Source: Holdemanella sp. MSK.7.32
Lineage (GTDB): Bacteria > Bacillota_I > Bacilli_A > Erysipelotrichales > Erysipelotrichaceae
Direction of reading: 5' to 3'
Assembly (NCBI RefSeq): GCF_024460475.1
Contig: NZ_JANFYN010000001.1
Coordinates: 20,946-52,945, forward strand
DNA: 32,000 bases
Below the pieces are notes generated by a model that saw only the letters and a program-made list of their open reading frames with translations, did not search any database and was not told where the DNA came from. This document shows, piece after piece, positions 9,689-17,725 of this stretch. The first letter of the stretch is position 1. Each line of letters begins with the position of its first letter. A program made the position numbers and the translations under genes.

Positions 9689-9916
9689 TTAAGCTAATGC
9701 ACAACCAAGTCCTGAATAAAAGAAGGCAATAAAGATATCCGGAAAGATTCCAGCTGCTCTAAATCCAATTCCTCCACCCATCATGCAAGCCATGATCATA
9801 TAGGCTTTTAAATCAAAGAAGCGCCAGAATGGATGTATTGCTTCATATCACAGAATTCGTTTTGTGTGTTTTTTGCTCATTTTGAAAAACATCATTCCAA
9901 ATATATCCGTTTTCAT
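9689..9916 (-). pseudogene. small membrane-protein ORF interrupted by an in-frame TGA (possible pseudogene or gene remnant)
   Basis: The minus-strand reading from ATG 9916 gives MKTDIFGMMFFKMSKKHTKRIL, then TGA at 9850-9848. The same frame continues as YEAIHPFWRFFDLKAYMIMACMMGGGIGFRAAGIFPDIFIAFFYSGLGCALA to TAA at 9691-9689. Confidence 0.3.
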
Positions 9917-9993
9917 GTTATCATCATTCCTTTTTAACTCTATTATTTTCATTTTAACTTTAGTATCGTTAAAAGTAATGTTTTTGCGTTAAT

Positions 9994-10323
9994 TTACTTA
10001 ATCAAATACTTTTCGAATGCCTTTTCTGCATCCAAATGTACAGACTTAAAGAAAAGAATACCCCATAGAACATAGGTTGGTATAGCGATAAGAGTGGATA
10101 TGAAATAAGAAATGATTGCTCCTAGAAATAGAATCAATGCATATGTAAAGCATTGATTTCGCATATCTAAAGAAATATATGCCTTATCATACTTTTCAGG
10201 ATGATTCAACGTACTAAAACCAGAAACATACTTAGCTCCTTTTTCCTTTAATAAAGAGAAAAGAATCCCCACAATAAGAAACAAAACCCCGAGAACAATA
10301 CATGCCATAAATCCAATATTCAT
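9994..10323 (-). CDS. small membrane protein, DUF3784-like
   Basis: The ORF track gives 140 aa from 10416. I prefer ATG 10323 (MNIGFMACIV), which has AGGAGC upstream. Two or three TM segments flank a short cytoplasmic loop (GFSTLNHPEKYDK). Confidence 0.6.
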   Translation of the reverse strand: MNIGFMACIVLGVLFLIVGILFSLLKEKGAKYVSGFSTLNHPEKYDKAYISLDMRNQCFTYALILFLGAIISYFISTLIAIPTYVLWGILFFKSVHLDAEKAFEKYLIK

Positions 10324-10434
10324 AATTAGCTCCTTTCGGATAAATTGTATCACATCTTTTTTTTGAAACAATTTTCTGATTTTTACATTTATTTTCATTT
10401 TAGAGTTGCCACTCACAAAGAAATGGTGTATTCT

Positions 10435-10479
10435 ATGCGTATGAACACTTCAAGACATTATTACTTTTACTTTAAATAG
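10435..10479 (+). CDS. candidate leader peptide MRMNTSRHYYFYFK (aromatic-rich)
   Basis: This 14-codon ORF has five consecutive Tyr/Phe codons (TAT TAC TTT TAC TTT) at 10459-10473. Its stop codon overlaps the 5' arm of a hairpin (10479-10485 pairs with 10522-10528), and an intrinsic terminator follows. The SD is weak (GGTG). Confidence 0.35.
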   Translation: MRMNTSRHYYFYFK

Positions 10480-10537
10480 CCCTGAGAAAAGCCATATGTA
10501 TACGATGGTTATTTTTAAGTTTCAGGGCATTCAAAAG

Positions 10538-10564
10538 GCATTTCTTCTTCGAAATGCTTTTTTT
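10538..10564 (+). terminator. intrinsic terminator/attenuator immediately upstream of aroE-aroK
   Basis: GCATTTC-TTCTTC-GAAATGC followed by seven T. No plus-strand gene lies upstream, so it is more likely a regulatory attenuator than a gene-end terminator. Confidence 0.6.
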
Positions 10565-10601
10565 AACATTTAAAGAGCTGTTCTAGAAAAGAGGAAATGA
10601 T

Positions 10602-11885
10602 ATGAAATACGGATTGATTGGTGAGCACTTGGGGCATAGTTTCTCTAAGCAAATTCAGACAAGAATTGCAGAGATTGAGAACGTAAAAGATTATGACTAC
10701 CAATTGGTGGAATTAGATAAAGAAGAATTCAAAGAATTTATGGAAAAGAAAGATTTCAAAGGAATCAACGTGACTATTCCATATAAAAAGGATGTCATTC
10801 CTTACTTAGATGAAATGGATGAAAGTGCTAAAGCTATTGGTGCTGTCAATACAATCATCAATGTAGATGGCAAATTAAAAGGGTACAATACAGACTTTGG
10901 TGGATTCTTATATATGGTTAAAGCCCACAACGTACATATGGAAGGCAAGAAGGTCTTGATTATTGGTAATGGTGGTGCATGCGCTGCTGTTAAAGCCGTT
11001 TGTAAACATGAAAACGCAAAAGATATTGTGATTGTTTCAAGAAGTGCAAATCGTGGTGCCATTGGATACGATGAAATGTATACATCCCATTTAGATGCAG
11101 ATATTGTCGTCAATACAAGTCCTGTAGGAATGTTTCCAAATATTGCGAATGCACCAATTGATGTAAGCTGGTTCCATAAATTAGAATGTGTATTAGATGT
11201 TGTATACAACCCAATTCTTACACGTTTATGTTTTGAAGCTCAAGAAGCCGACATCAAGCGTGTGATTGGTTTGGAGATGTTGATTGCGCAAGCTAAATAT
11301 ACATTTGAAATTTTTAAAAACATGTCTTTTGATGATTCTATCATTGATGAAATCAAAAAGGAGATGTTGAAAGATCGTTGTAACATCGTATTAATTGGTA
11401 TGCCAAGTGCTGGTAAAACAACAATTGGTAAAATGCTTGAAGAAAAGCTTGGAAAAGAATTTTTCGACTTAGACGATATGATTATTGCCAAAGCCGGCAA
11501 AAGTATTCCAGAAATCTTCCAAGAATCTGGAGAAGCTGGATTTAGAGCGATTGAAACAGAAGTTGCGATTGAAGCTAGTAAGATGAACAATAAAATCATT
11601 GCGACAGGTGGTGGTGTCGTTAAACATAAAGTCAATATGGACTTTTTACGTTTAAATGGAATTACGATCTTCATTGATCGTGATATCGATAAATTAATTA
11701 GTTCCGATCCAAATAGACCTTTATCAAGCTCTAAACAAGCCCTTCAACAAATGTATAAAGAAAGATACCCATTGTACCAAAAATACGCTGCTTATATAGC
11801 TGTCAACAATGCGAATATTGAAGAAACGGTTGATGATATTGTGAATGCCTATCACAGCATTTTAATTGATGCCGTTGCAGAGTAG
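10602..11885 (+). CDS. aroE/aroK: bifunctional shikimate dehydrogenase / shikimate kinase (AroE-AroK fusion)
   Basis: 427 aa. The N-terminal ~260 aa carry AroE motifs (HSFSK, NVTIPYK, GAVNT, GYNTD, and the GNGGA Rossmann motif). The C-terminal ~165 aa carry the AroK Walker A motif (GMPSAGKTTIGK) and ATGGG. Confidence 0.93.
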   Translation: MKYGLIGEHLGHSFSKQIQTRIAEIENVKDYDYQLVELDKEEFKEFMEKKDFKGINVTIPYKKDVIPYLDEMDESAKAIGAVNTIINVDGKLKGYNTDFGGFLYMVKAHNVHMEGKKVLIIGNGGACAAVKAVCKHENAKDIVIVSRSANRGAIGYDEMYTSHLDADIVVNTSPVGMFPNIANAPIDVSWFHKLECVLDVVYNPILTRLCFEAQEADIKRVIGLEMLIAQAKYTFEIFKNMSFDDSIIDEIKKEMLKDRCNIVLIGMPSAGKTTIGKMLEEKLGKEFFDLDDMIIAKAGKSIPEIFQESGEAGFRAIETEVAIEASKMNNKIIATGGGVVKHKVNMDFLRLNGITIFIDRDIDKLISSDPNRPLSSSKQALQQMYKERYPLYQKYAAYIAVNNANIEETVDDIVNAYHSILIDAVAE

Positions 11886-11933
11886 CGAGAAGGTTTATTA
11901 TCTTCTCGTTTTCTTTTAAAAAGGAGAAATCAT

Positions 11934-13697
11934 ATGGAAAATCAAGTTACACAATTATTAAAAGCTATGGTAAAGCCAGACTATACAGCTTGTAGCTATG
12001 CCTTTATGCAGGATGGAAAAATTGTATGTGCCGATGCGATTGGTGTCATCGACAAAATCAACAATCAACCCATCACGACGGATTGTACATTTAATGTATG
12101 TTCGATATCTAAAATCTATTGTACCGTATGTGTTATGCAGTTAGTGGATGAAGGATTGATTCAACTCGAAGATAAAGTTGCAGATATTCTTCCTGAATTT
12201 ACAATGAAAGATGAAAGATATAAAGATATTACAGTACGCATGTGCCTAGATCATTCAAGTGGACTTCCAGGGACACAATGGAAACATTTTAGTGTGAGTA
12301 CCACTTCTAAGTTTGACTACTATAGCGAAGTATTAAACTATTTATCAAACAGCACCCTAAAAGCAGATCCAGGAACTTACAGTACCTATTGTAATGATGG
12401 GTTTACACTCGCTGAAATGGTCGTTTCAAAAGTTCGTAATATGCCTTATGAAGATGTCTTAAGAAAATATATTACAGAAAAGATTGGCGCAAAAAGCACC
12501 AATACAACATATACAATCAATTCAGATTATCCTTTAGTTTCTGAAGGTAAGAAACCAAAAGAATACTTTCCAATTCAAGGAGCCGGTGGCATCACCACTT
12601 CTATGATTGATTTATGTAAATTTGGTCAACTCTTTCTAGAACCTAATTCTATTCTTAGTGAAAAGTCAAAAGCTTTAATGGCTAAATCTTGGGGCACTAC
12701 ATTTCTTGAATCGGATCTAGGCGCCATTGATTTTGGCTTAGGCTGGGACTTAGTCAGACACCATGATCCAGACTATGATTTTGGTGATAGTGTTCTGGCA
12801 AAAGGTGGAAACAGTATGTTCTTTAGTTCAAGACTGATCATTGTTCCTAAATACAATGCCGTATTAGCATTCAGTGAAACACATGATTGCGGACTCGATG
12901 TTCCTACAACTTTAATGCGCTTATTCAATACCTATTTAGAACCAAATACATATCCAGATTATTCAGGAATTTATGCCCATGCCTTTGGTTTACAAAAAAT
13001 CACAACCATAAAATCAAGTATGGTTGTGCAAGATAAAACGGAAAAAGGCTGGATCATGAGTGATCTATTAAATTATGCAGATGGTAAATGGACAAATGAA
13101 AAAGGAAATCAAATCTTCTTTGAGGGGGATTATCTTTTAAAGACAACAAGAAATCGTACGGTTGCGTTTGCACAAAAAGCCAAAAAACAAGAACTCAACT
13201 CACTCTGGAAATCTAGATTAAATAAGAAATATATTGTGTGTGATACAACTTATTATGATATTGTCACAAACCAAATGTTATGTAGTGTTGAATTTAACAG
13301 GACAGAAGATACAATGTCATTGATCGTTCATGGCAATAAATCAGAGCCTGTAGTATCTGAATTTCCAATTGAAGCAATCGATGATACACATGCCCAAAGC
13401 TATTTAAATACGCCTTGTAACGGTTCTAGAGATCGTATTGAACCTTACTTTGAAGATGGTAAATTGTATTGTGCTAGCTACACCTATATTTGTGAAGATG
13501 ATATAGAACCATATACTTCTCAATTGTTTAAAAAAGAAAATCAAGTCTACAAAATCAACAACACTTTAGAAGTCTTACCAACTATTTGTGAAAATCATCG
13601 AATTCTAGTATTAGACTCAAATGGAGATCTATACTACGATTCAATGGATGTCGAAGAATATAAACCTATTGAATCTGGATTTATCATCTTGGTTTAA
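11934..13697 (+). CDS. beta-lactamase-family serine hydrolase (PBP4*/class C-like) with extra C-terminal domain
   Basis: 587 aa with the SxxK motif (CSISK), a YxN-like motif (YCNDG) and KGG in place of KTG. The ~250-aa C-terminal extension has unknown function. Confidence 0.82.
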   Translation: MENQVTQLLKAMVKPDYTACSYAFMQDGKIVCADAIGVIDKINNQPITTDCTFNVCSISKIYCTVCVMQLVDEGLIQLEDKVADILPEFTMKDERYKDITVRMCLDHSSGLPGTQWKHFSVSTTSKFDYYSEVLNYLSNSTLKADPGTYSTYCNDGFTLAEMVVSKVRNMPYEDVLRKYITEKIGAKSTNTTYTINSDYPLVSEGKKPKEYFPIQGAGGITTSMIDLCKFGQLFLEPNSILSEKSKALMAKSWGTTFLESDLGAIDFGLGWDLVRHHDPDYDFGDSVLAKGGNSMFFSSRLIIVPKYNAVLAFSETHDCGLDVPTTLMRLFNTYLEPNTYPDYSGIYAHAFGLQKITTIKSSMVVQDKTEKGWIMSDLLNYADGKWTNEKGNQIFFEGDYLLKTTRNRTVAFAQKAKKQELNSLWKSRLNKKYIVCDTTYYDIVTNQMLCSVEFNRTEDTMSLIVHGNKSEPVVSEFPIEAIDDTHAQSYLNTPCNGSRDRIEPYFEDGKLYCASYTYICEDDIEPYTSQLFKKENQVYKINNTLEVLPTICENHRILVLDSNGDLYYDSMDVEEYKPIESGFIILV

Positions 13698-13704
13698 CCT
13701 TAAT

Positions 13705-13738
13705 GTGGATGGAGGTAATATACTCCTCCACTTTTTTT
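13705..13738 (+). terminator. rho-independent terminator after the serine hydrolase gene
   Basis: TGGAGG (13710-13715) pairs with CCTCCA (13725-13730), followed by CTTTTTTTG. Confidence 0.6.
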
Positions 13739-13924
13739 GTTTCATGAATATCAATCAACAAAAATTCTAAGAATGGCCCATCGACTGTATAATTGTGTTC
13801 TTGAATCCAATGTAGTGTTGCGCGCAAAATGCAAAAATGTTGCAAATAAAATGCAAAAAATAGGTTTTAAAAAAAGACATTTTAAACGGCTTTTAAACGC
13901 CAAATAAATGTCCTTTTTTAATGC

Positions 13925-14134
13925 TTATTTTCTGTTTCTTATTTTGATTAAATCACACACTTCACAATTCAAAACTGAGCATATTTTTTCAATATGTTCT
14001 AGACTGATTCTATCCACCATTTCCCAATATATTTCATTAATCGTGTTAGGTCTAATACCAGTCTTTCTAGCAAGTTCTGCCTGAGTCATTTTCTTATTTC
14101 CTAATAGCTCAGACAGGTATATTTTAATCGCCAT
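13925..14134 (-). CDS. XRE-family (Cro/CI-type) helix-turn-helix regulator
   Basis: 69 aa with MTQAELARKTGIRPNTINEI as the HTH. Confidence 0.85.
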   Translation of the reverse strand: MAIKIYLSELLGNKKMTQAELARKTGIRPNTINEIYWEMVDRISLEHIEKICSVLNCEVCDLIKIRNRK

Positions 14135-14186
14135 AGCAACGCCCCTTTAAGTGAATTTTATCACCCCAAACATTGCTATAACATTA

Positions 14187-14217
14187 TTGATATTTTATAT
14201 CGTATTTTGATATTTTA
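14187..14217 (-). promoter_or_regulatory. direct repeat TTGATATTTTA x2 (20-bp spacing) upstream of the XRE gene, possible operator/promoter
   Basis: Exact 11-bp copies at 14187-14197 and 14207-14217. The second copy overlaps the Dam stop codon. Confidence 0.3.
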
Positions 14218-14970
14218 CTTGTAATTTCTTATAATCAATTCTTTATATCTAGAAACGCCATCTTTAACAAGATTGTTATTTCTTTCAACCTCTTCTATAT
14301 AAAAGTCTGAATACAACTCTCTTATGAATGCACAATCATTATAGGAAAGAATAAACCTACCTTTTATATCTCTTAGAATATCTCTTAATTTAATATGATC
14401 TTCTTCGTCAAACAAGTTGCCATAATATTTTTCAGTCTTATAATATGGTGGATCTAAATAAAACAGAGCATTGTTTCTATCATATACTTTAATAAGATTA
14501 TCATAGCTTTTGTTTTCTATGACAACTCTATTTAAACGTTTACTGATTTCAGGAAGCATATTCACCGAATACGATATATTTTTAGCGTTTGTTCCATATG
14601 TTTTTCCGTCAGCCCCAAAAGATACCTTTATTAAATATAGAAAGCGTGCTGCTCTTTGAATATCAGTTAATCCATTGATATTCATTTGTTCTTTATAGTT
14701 AATAAAAATCTCTCTAGAATTTAATAAGAATTCACATTCTCTTTGGACTTCCTGAGCGTGGTATTTAACGCATCTATATAGGTTAACTAAATCACCATTT
14801 AGATCGTTATATACCTCTAATTGCTTACTGTTATGTTCTTTTGCAAATAATACCCATCCTGCACCTCCAAACACTTCGATATAGCGTGATGGTTGCTCTT
14901 TAGGAAACCTGCTTAATATCTCTTTTCTAAGTAACTTTTTACCGCCAATCCATGGTATAAAACTATTCAT
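14215..14970 (-). CDS. dam: Dam-type (D12 class) N6-adenine DNA methyltransferase
   Basis: N-terminal FIPWIGGKK and the catalytic DPPY (YLDPPYY). The preferred start is ATG 14970 (MNSFIPW) with GGAAGGAG upstream. The ORF track extends to 15000. Confidence 0.9.
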   Translation of the reverse strand: MNSFIPWIGGKKLLRKEILSRFPKEQPSRYIEVFGGAGWVLFAKEHNSKQLEVYNDLNGDLVNLYRCVKYHAQEVQRECEFLLNSREIFINYKEQMNINGLTDIQRAARFLYLIKVSFGADGKTYGTNAKNISYSVNMLPEISKRLNRVVIENKSYDNLIKVYDRNNALFYLDPPYYKTEKYYGNLFDEEDHIKLRDILRDIKGRFILSYNDCAFIRELYSDFYIEEVERNNNLVKDGVSRYKELIIRNYK

Positions 14971-15046
14971 TTTTAATCTCTCCTTCCACACAAAGGGCAT
15001 TGCTATGAAAAGGAGAGTAGGATAGCATTTCCTACTATCCTACAAA

Positions 15047-16024
15047 TTACTTACACAAACTATTTACAATGCTTTGAATTGCATCATAGTTATACCCAGC
15101 AGCTGTTAAACGAGCCTTACGATCGGCTCCGTTTCCCCAATTACCAGCAATAACCTCTTTAGCAATTGCTTCGTTGGATTTACCAGGCTTTGATCCATAT
15201 GATTTTTCATTAACTTTTGCTTGAACTGCATCATAATTGTAACCTGCGCTAGTTAAACGATTCTTACGATCAGCTCCGTTTCCCCACTTACCAGCGATGA
15301 CTTCATCTGCCAACTGATCAATGGTTTTTGTTGGCTTTGGAGCAGGGTTTGAATTTCCTACCATTTGATTTACTAATGATTGAATAGCATTATAATCGTA
15401 ACCTGCGCTAGTTAAACGGTTCTTGCGATCAGCTCCGTTTCCCCACTTACCAGCAACCACCTCTCTTGCAACTTCCTCACTGGATTTTTTGTTACCTGTA
15501 GATGGTGTAGATGGAGATTCAGCTCCATTCATCATTTGATCATACCATTGTTGAGCTTTTTGCATATAAGCATCTCTTTGCTCATCCTGTAATCGACCAG
15601 GGCAAGATGTAGCTGCAAAATGATTATGAGGGAATACATTTACTTTCCATTGAGGACGTCCCAATCCATAATACTTACATAGCGCTGCAACTAAATGAGC
15701 TCCTGCATCTAAGCATGCTTCACTAATATATCCGCCTTCTTTATTAGCATGTTCAATTCCAATACTTGAACAGTTAGCATCCCAGTTACTTGCATGCCAT
15801 GCTGTATCACTATCCCAAACCAACTGTCCAATACGACCTGAAGATTCAACTTGATAGTGTGCTGAAGCTGGTCTGTTTTGCCATACAGAATAACATCCTT
15901 CTACAGTTAAATCGCCTGCGTTATAATGAATGATAATTTTATTGATTTTTCGTCCTGAACGCCCACTAGTATAGTGCGTGTTCAGGATTTTATTTACATC
16001 AGCATTTAAGTTTTTCCAATCCAT
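15047..16024 (-). CDS. endolysin: N-acetylmuramoyl-L-alanine amidase (Amidase_2/PGRP) with three CW_7 cell-wall-binding repeats
   Basis: 325 aa with an N-terminal amidase domain (IIHYNAG, HY, HNHFAATSCPG). The C-terminus carries three copies of AGKWGNGADRKNRLTSAGY(D/N)Y(N/D)A(I/V)Q. Confidence 0.9.
   Translation of the reverse strand: MDWKNLNADVNKILNTHYTSGRSGRKINKIIIHYNAGDLTVEGCYSVWQNRPASAHYQVESSGRIGQLVWDSDTAWHASNWDANCSSIGIEHANKEGGYISEACLDAGAHLVAALCKYYGLGRPQWKVNVFPHNHFAATSCPGRLQDEQRDAYMQKAQQWYDQMMNGAESPSTPSTGNKKSSEEVAREVVAGKWGNGADRKNRLTSAGYDYNAIQSLVNQMVGNSNPAPKPTKTIDQLADEVIAGKWGNGADRKNRLTSAGYNYDAVQAKVNEKSYGSKPGKSNEAIAKEVIAGNWGNGADRKARLTAAGYNYDAIQSIVNSLCK
15050..15484 (-). repeat. three tandem CW_7-encoding DNA repeats inside the endolysin gene
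   Basis: Near-identical stretches such as GCTCCGTTTCCCCA(A/C)TTACCAGC recur three times at roughly 130-155 bp spacing. Confidence 0.8.
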
Positions 16025-16116
16025 TACTCATCACTTCCTTCCACACCTTTTCCCATGGCGTTAAGTTCTTCTTCCATTTCTGGAGTAATTACAATATCTT
16101 TTACATCTTCATTCAT
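16024..16116 (-). CDS. small acidic ORF (30 aa) between holin and endolysin
   Basis: Not in the ORF track. It encodes MNEDVKDIVITPEMEEELNAMGKGVEGSDE, with a strong AGGAGGTG SD 6 nt upstream of the ATG. The start overlaps the holin 3' end and the stop overlaps the endolysin ATG (TAATG). Confidence 0.35.
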   Translation of the reverse strand: MNEDVKDIVITPEMEEELNAMGKGVEGSDE

Positions 16117-16480
16117 TTTCTTCACCTCCTGATTTTTCTAACAATTCCACTCCAGTAGAGATAGAATCTTGAAGCAACTTTCTTTGTTCACGAATATTAG
16201 CAATAAACTCATGAATAGCAGGTGCTCCCGCTGAAATAATCAAACCTGAAATGATATTGCCTACATATGGAATTGTTTCATTCATATCGAAGTATTTAAA
16301 TACATCGATGCTAAACATGAACGCAAACAAAACACCTAATAATGCAGCCAATACATCCGCTGGTAGATACTTCATTACCTTATTACCTAAGACTACTTTT
16401 AAGCGTTCAACGATAAATTGAATCAACACCGCAAAAACGATCAATAATAATAGTAATGATGTTGTTTTCGAAATATCCAT
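16109..16480 (-). CDS. phage holin
   Basis: 123 aa with three hydrophobic segments and a charged C-terminus, located directly upstream of the endolysin. The RBS is AAAGGAGG. Confidence 0.72.
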   Translation of the reverse strand: MDISKTTSLLLLLIVFAVLIQFIVERLKVVLGNKVMKYLPADVLAALLGVLFAFMFSIDVFKYFDMNETIPYVGNIISGLIISAGAPAIHEFIANIREQRKLLQDSISTGVELLEKSGGEENE

Positions 16481-16556
16481 TGCATATTCCTCCTTTCATC
16501 GCTCATTCTATAAAAAATAAATAAAGTCGAAAAATAAAGAACTTTAAAACATAATT

Positions 16557-16583
16557 AAAAGGTAACGAAATTAATCGTTACCT
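16557..16583 (-). terminator. rho-independent terminator at the RT gene end
   Basis: Minus strand has a 9-bp stem AGGTAACGA/TCGTTACCT that contains the RT stop codon, followed by TTTTAATTATGTTTT. Confidence 0.6.
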
Positions 16584-17725
16584 TGATTTCTAGTCAGTAC
16601 AAACCAACCATCTATTCCTTTTTCATAATCACCAAATATTTCTGTTTTTAATGCGTAACTATTACAATGCTTCAACAGTCCAAAATATGAATCAACTACT
16701 CGTGTAGCGTGTTCTAAAGTACAATCTCCTTCATTGTATCGTTTCATCACGCCTTTTAAGTTCCTTTTAATTCTTAAGGAGGTGCTTTTCCTTATTTTAA
16801 TATGTGTAGGCCATAAGCGAAAACCACAAAATTCAATTCCTTGATTGATTGGTCTAATACAGGTCTTTTGATTCATTTCCATTTTCATGACATCATTCGC
16901 GAACTTTTCTAGTTTTTGATGCCATTCTTTTATTTGTTTCTTATCATCAGAAAGCACCACAATATCATCCTGATAACGTATATAACACTTGATTCCTAAT
17001 GTCCTTTTAGCATATTGGTCTATCTGGTCATTGTAAACATTCGCTAACATCTGTGAAATCAAAGCGCCCACTGGCATTCCTTTATCATATAAACGTTCGC
17101 TCATTTCAACATCTTCAGGACGCATGCCTCTAGGCAAACCAAAAGGCATATCAGGGCTTTCTATGCGGGTTGCAAGCCATCTAACAACACGATCATCCTT
17201 AATTTTCTTCTTCAATACATCAATCATAACTTTATGATCTACTCTATAAAAGTATTTGCTAAAGTCTATTTTCAAGTAATACCACTTATTTAAATCGGAT
17301 ACATCTAAACCGTTTTTCAGCTTATTGTATCTTTTACTATTGACCAATTTAAGCCAATAATGCAGCCTTTTAACTGCTGCAATTTGTCCTTTTCCTTTGA
17401 TGCAAGCATAAGAATCCTTGATGTACATCCTAGTAAACATAGGACTTAAAACTTGATAAAACGCCCACTGTTTTATCACTTCAGGAAAGTCTTGAGCAAG
17501 GATCAAACGACACTTTGGTTCGTAAACGTAGAACTCTCTATATTTAGGATAATCAGCAACTTCGCTTCTTAATTCATTTTGAATCTTAACTAGATTCGCT
17601 TCTAGATTTTGGGTAAATATGAGTACATCTTTTCTATATCTTTTGTTTTTACGAGCGTTTAAATAAGCCTTGTATATGTTTTCATCACTAACGATATCGT
17701 CATATACATTCTTTATTTTCGCCAT
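16571..17725 (-). CDS. DGR-type reverse transcriptase
   Basis: YQDD catalytic box (IRYQDDIVVLS). The motif PVGALISQMLANVY contains the SQ signature typical of DGR RTs. The gene is adjacent to the TR array and avd. The preferred start is ATG 17725 (MAKIKNVY) after GGTGA. The ORF track starts at GTG 17734. Confidence 0.92.
   Translation of the reverse strand: MAKIKNVYDDIVSDENIYKAYLNARKNKRYRKDVLIFTQNLEANLVKIQNELRSEVADYPKYREFYVYEPKCRLILAQDFPEVIKQWAFYQVLSPMFTRMYIKDSYACIKGKGQIAAVKRLHYWLKLVNSKRYNKLKNGLDVSDLNKWYYLKIDFSKYFYRVDHKVMIDVLKKKIKDDRVVRWLATRIESPDMPFGLPRGMRPEDVEMSERLYDKGMPVGALISQMLANVYNDQIDQYAKRTLGIKCYIRYQDDIVVLSDDKKQIKEWHQKLEKFANDVMKMEMNQKTCIRPINQGIEFCGFRLWPTHIKIRKSTSLRIKRNLKGVMKRYNEGDCTLEHATRVVDSYFGLLKHCNSYALKTEIFGDYEKGIDGWFVLTRNQGND

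Noticed and set aside
9848-9850. In-frame TGA read as Trp (genetic code 4)
   Set aside because: Long, well-conserved genes across the window terminate at TGA and are intact under code 11 (for example the holin ends in TGA). A single TGA in a small ORF is better explained as a disruption.
10324-10416. N-terminal 31-aa extension of the DUF3784-like ORF
   Set aside because: The extension is basic, non-hydrophobic and has no RBS. ATG 10323 has AGGAGC upstream and begins the first TM helix. The extension region more likely holds promoters for the divergent genes.
13760-13795. Plus-strand promoter-like TTCTAA-17-TATAAT at the host/prophage junction
   Set aside because: No plus-strand gene follows it, and AT-rich DNA yields many such matches. 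It is not reported as a feature.
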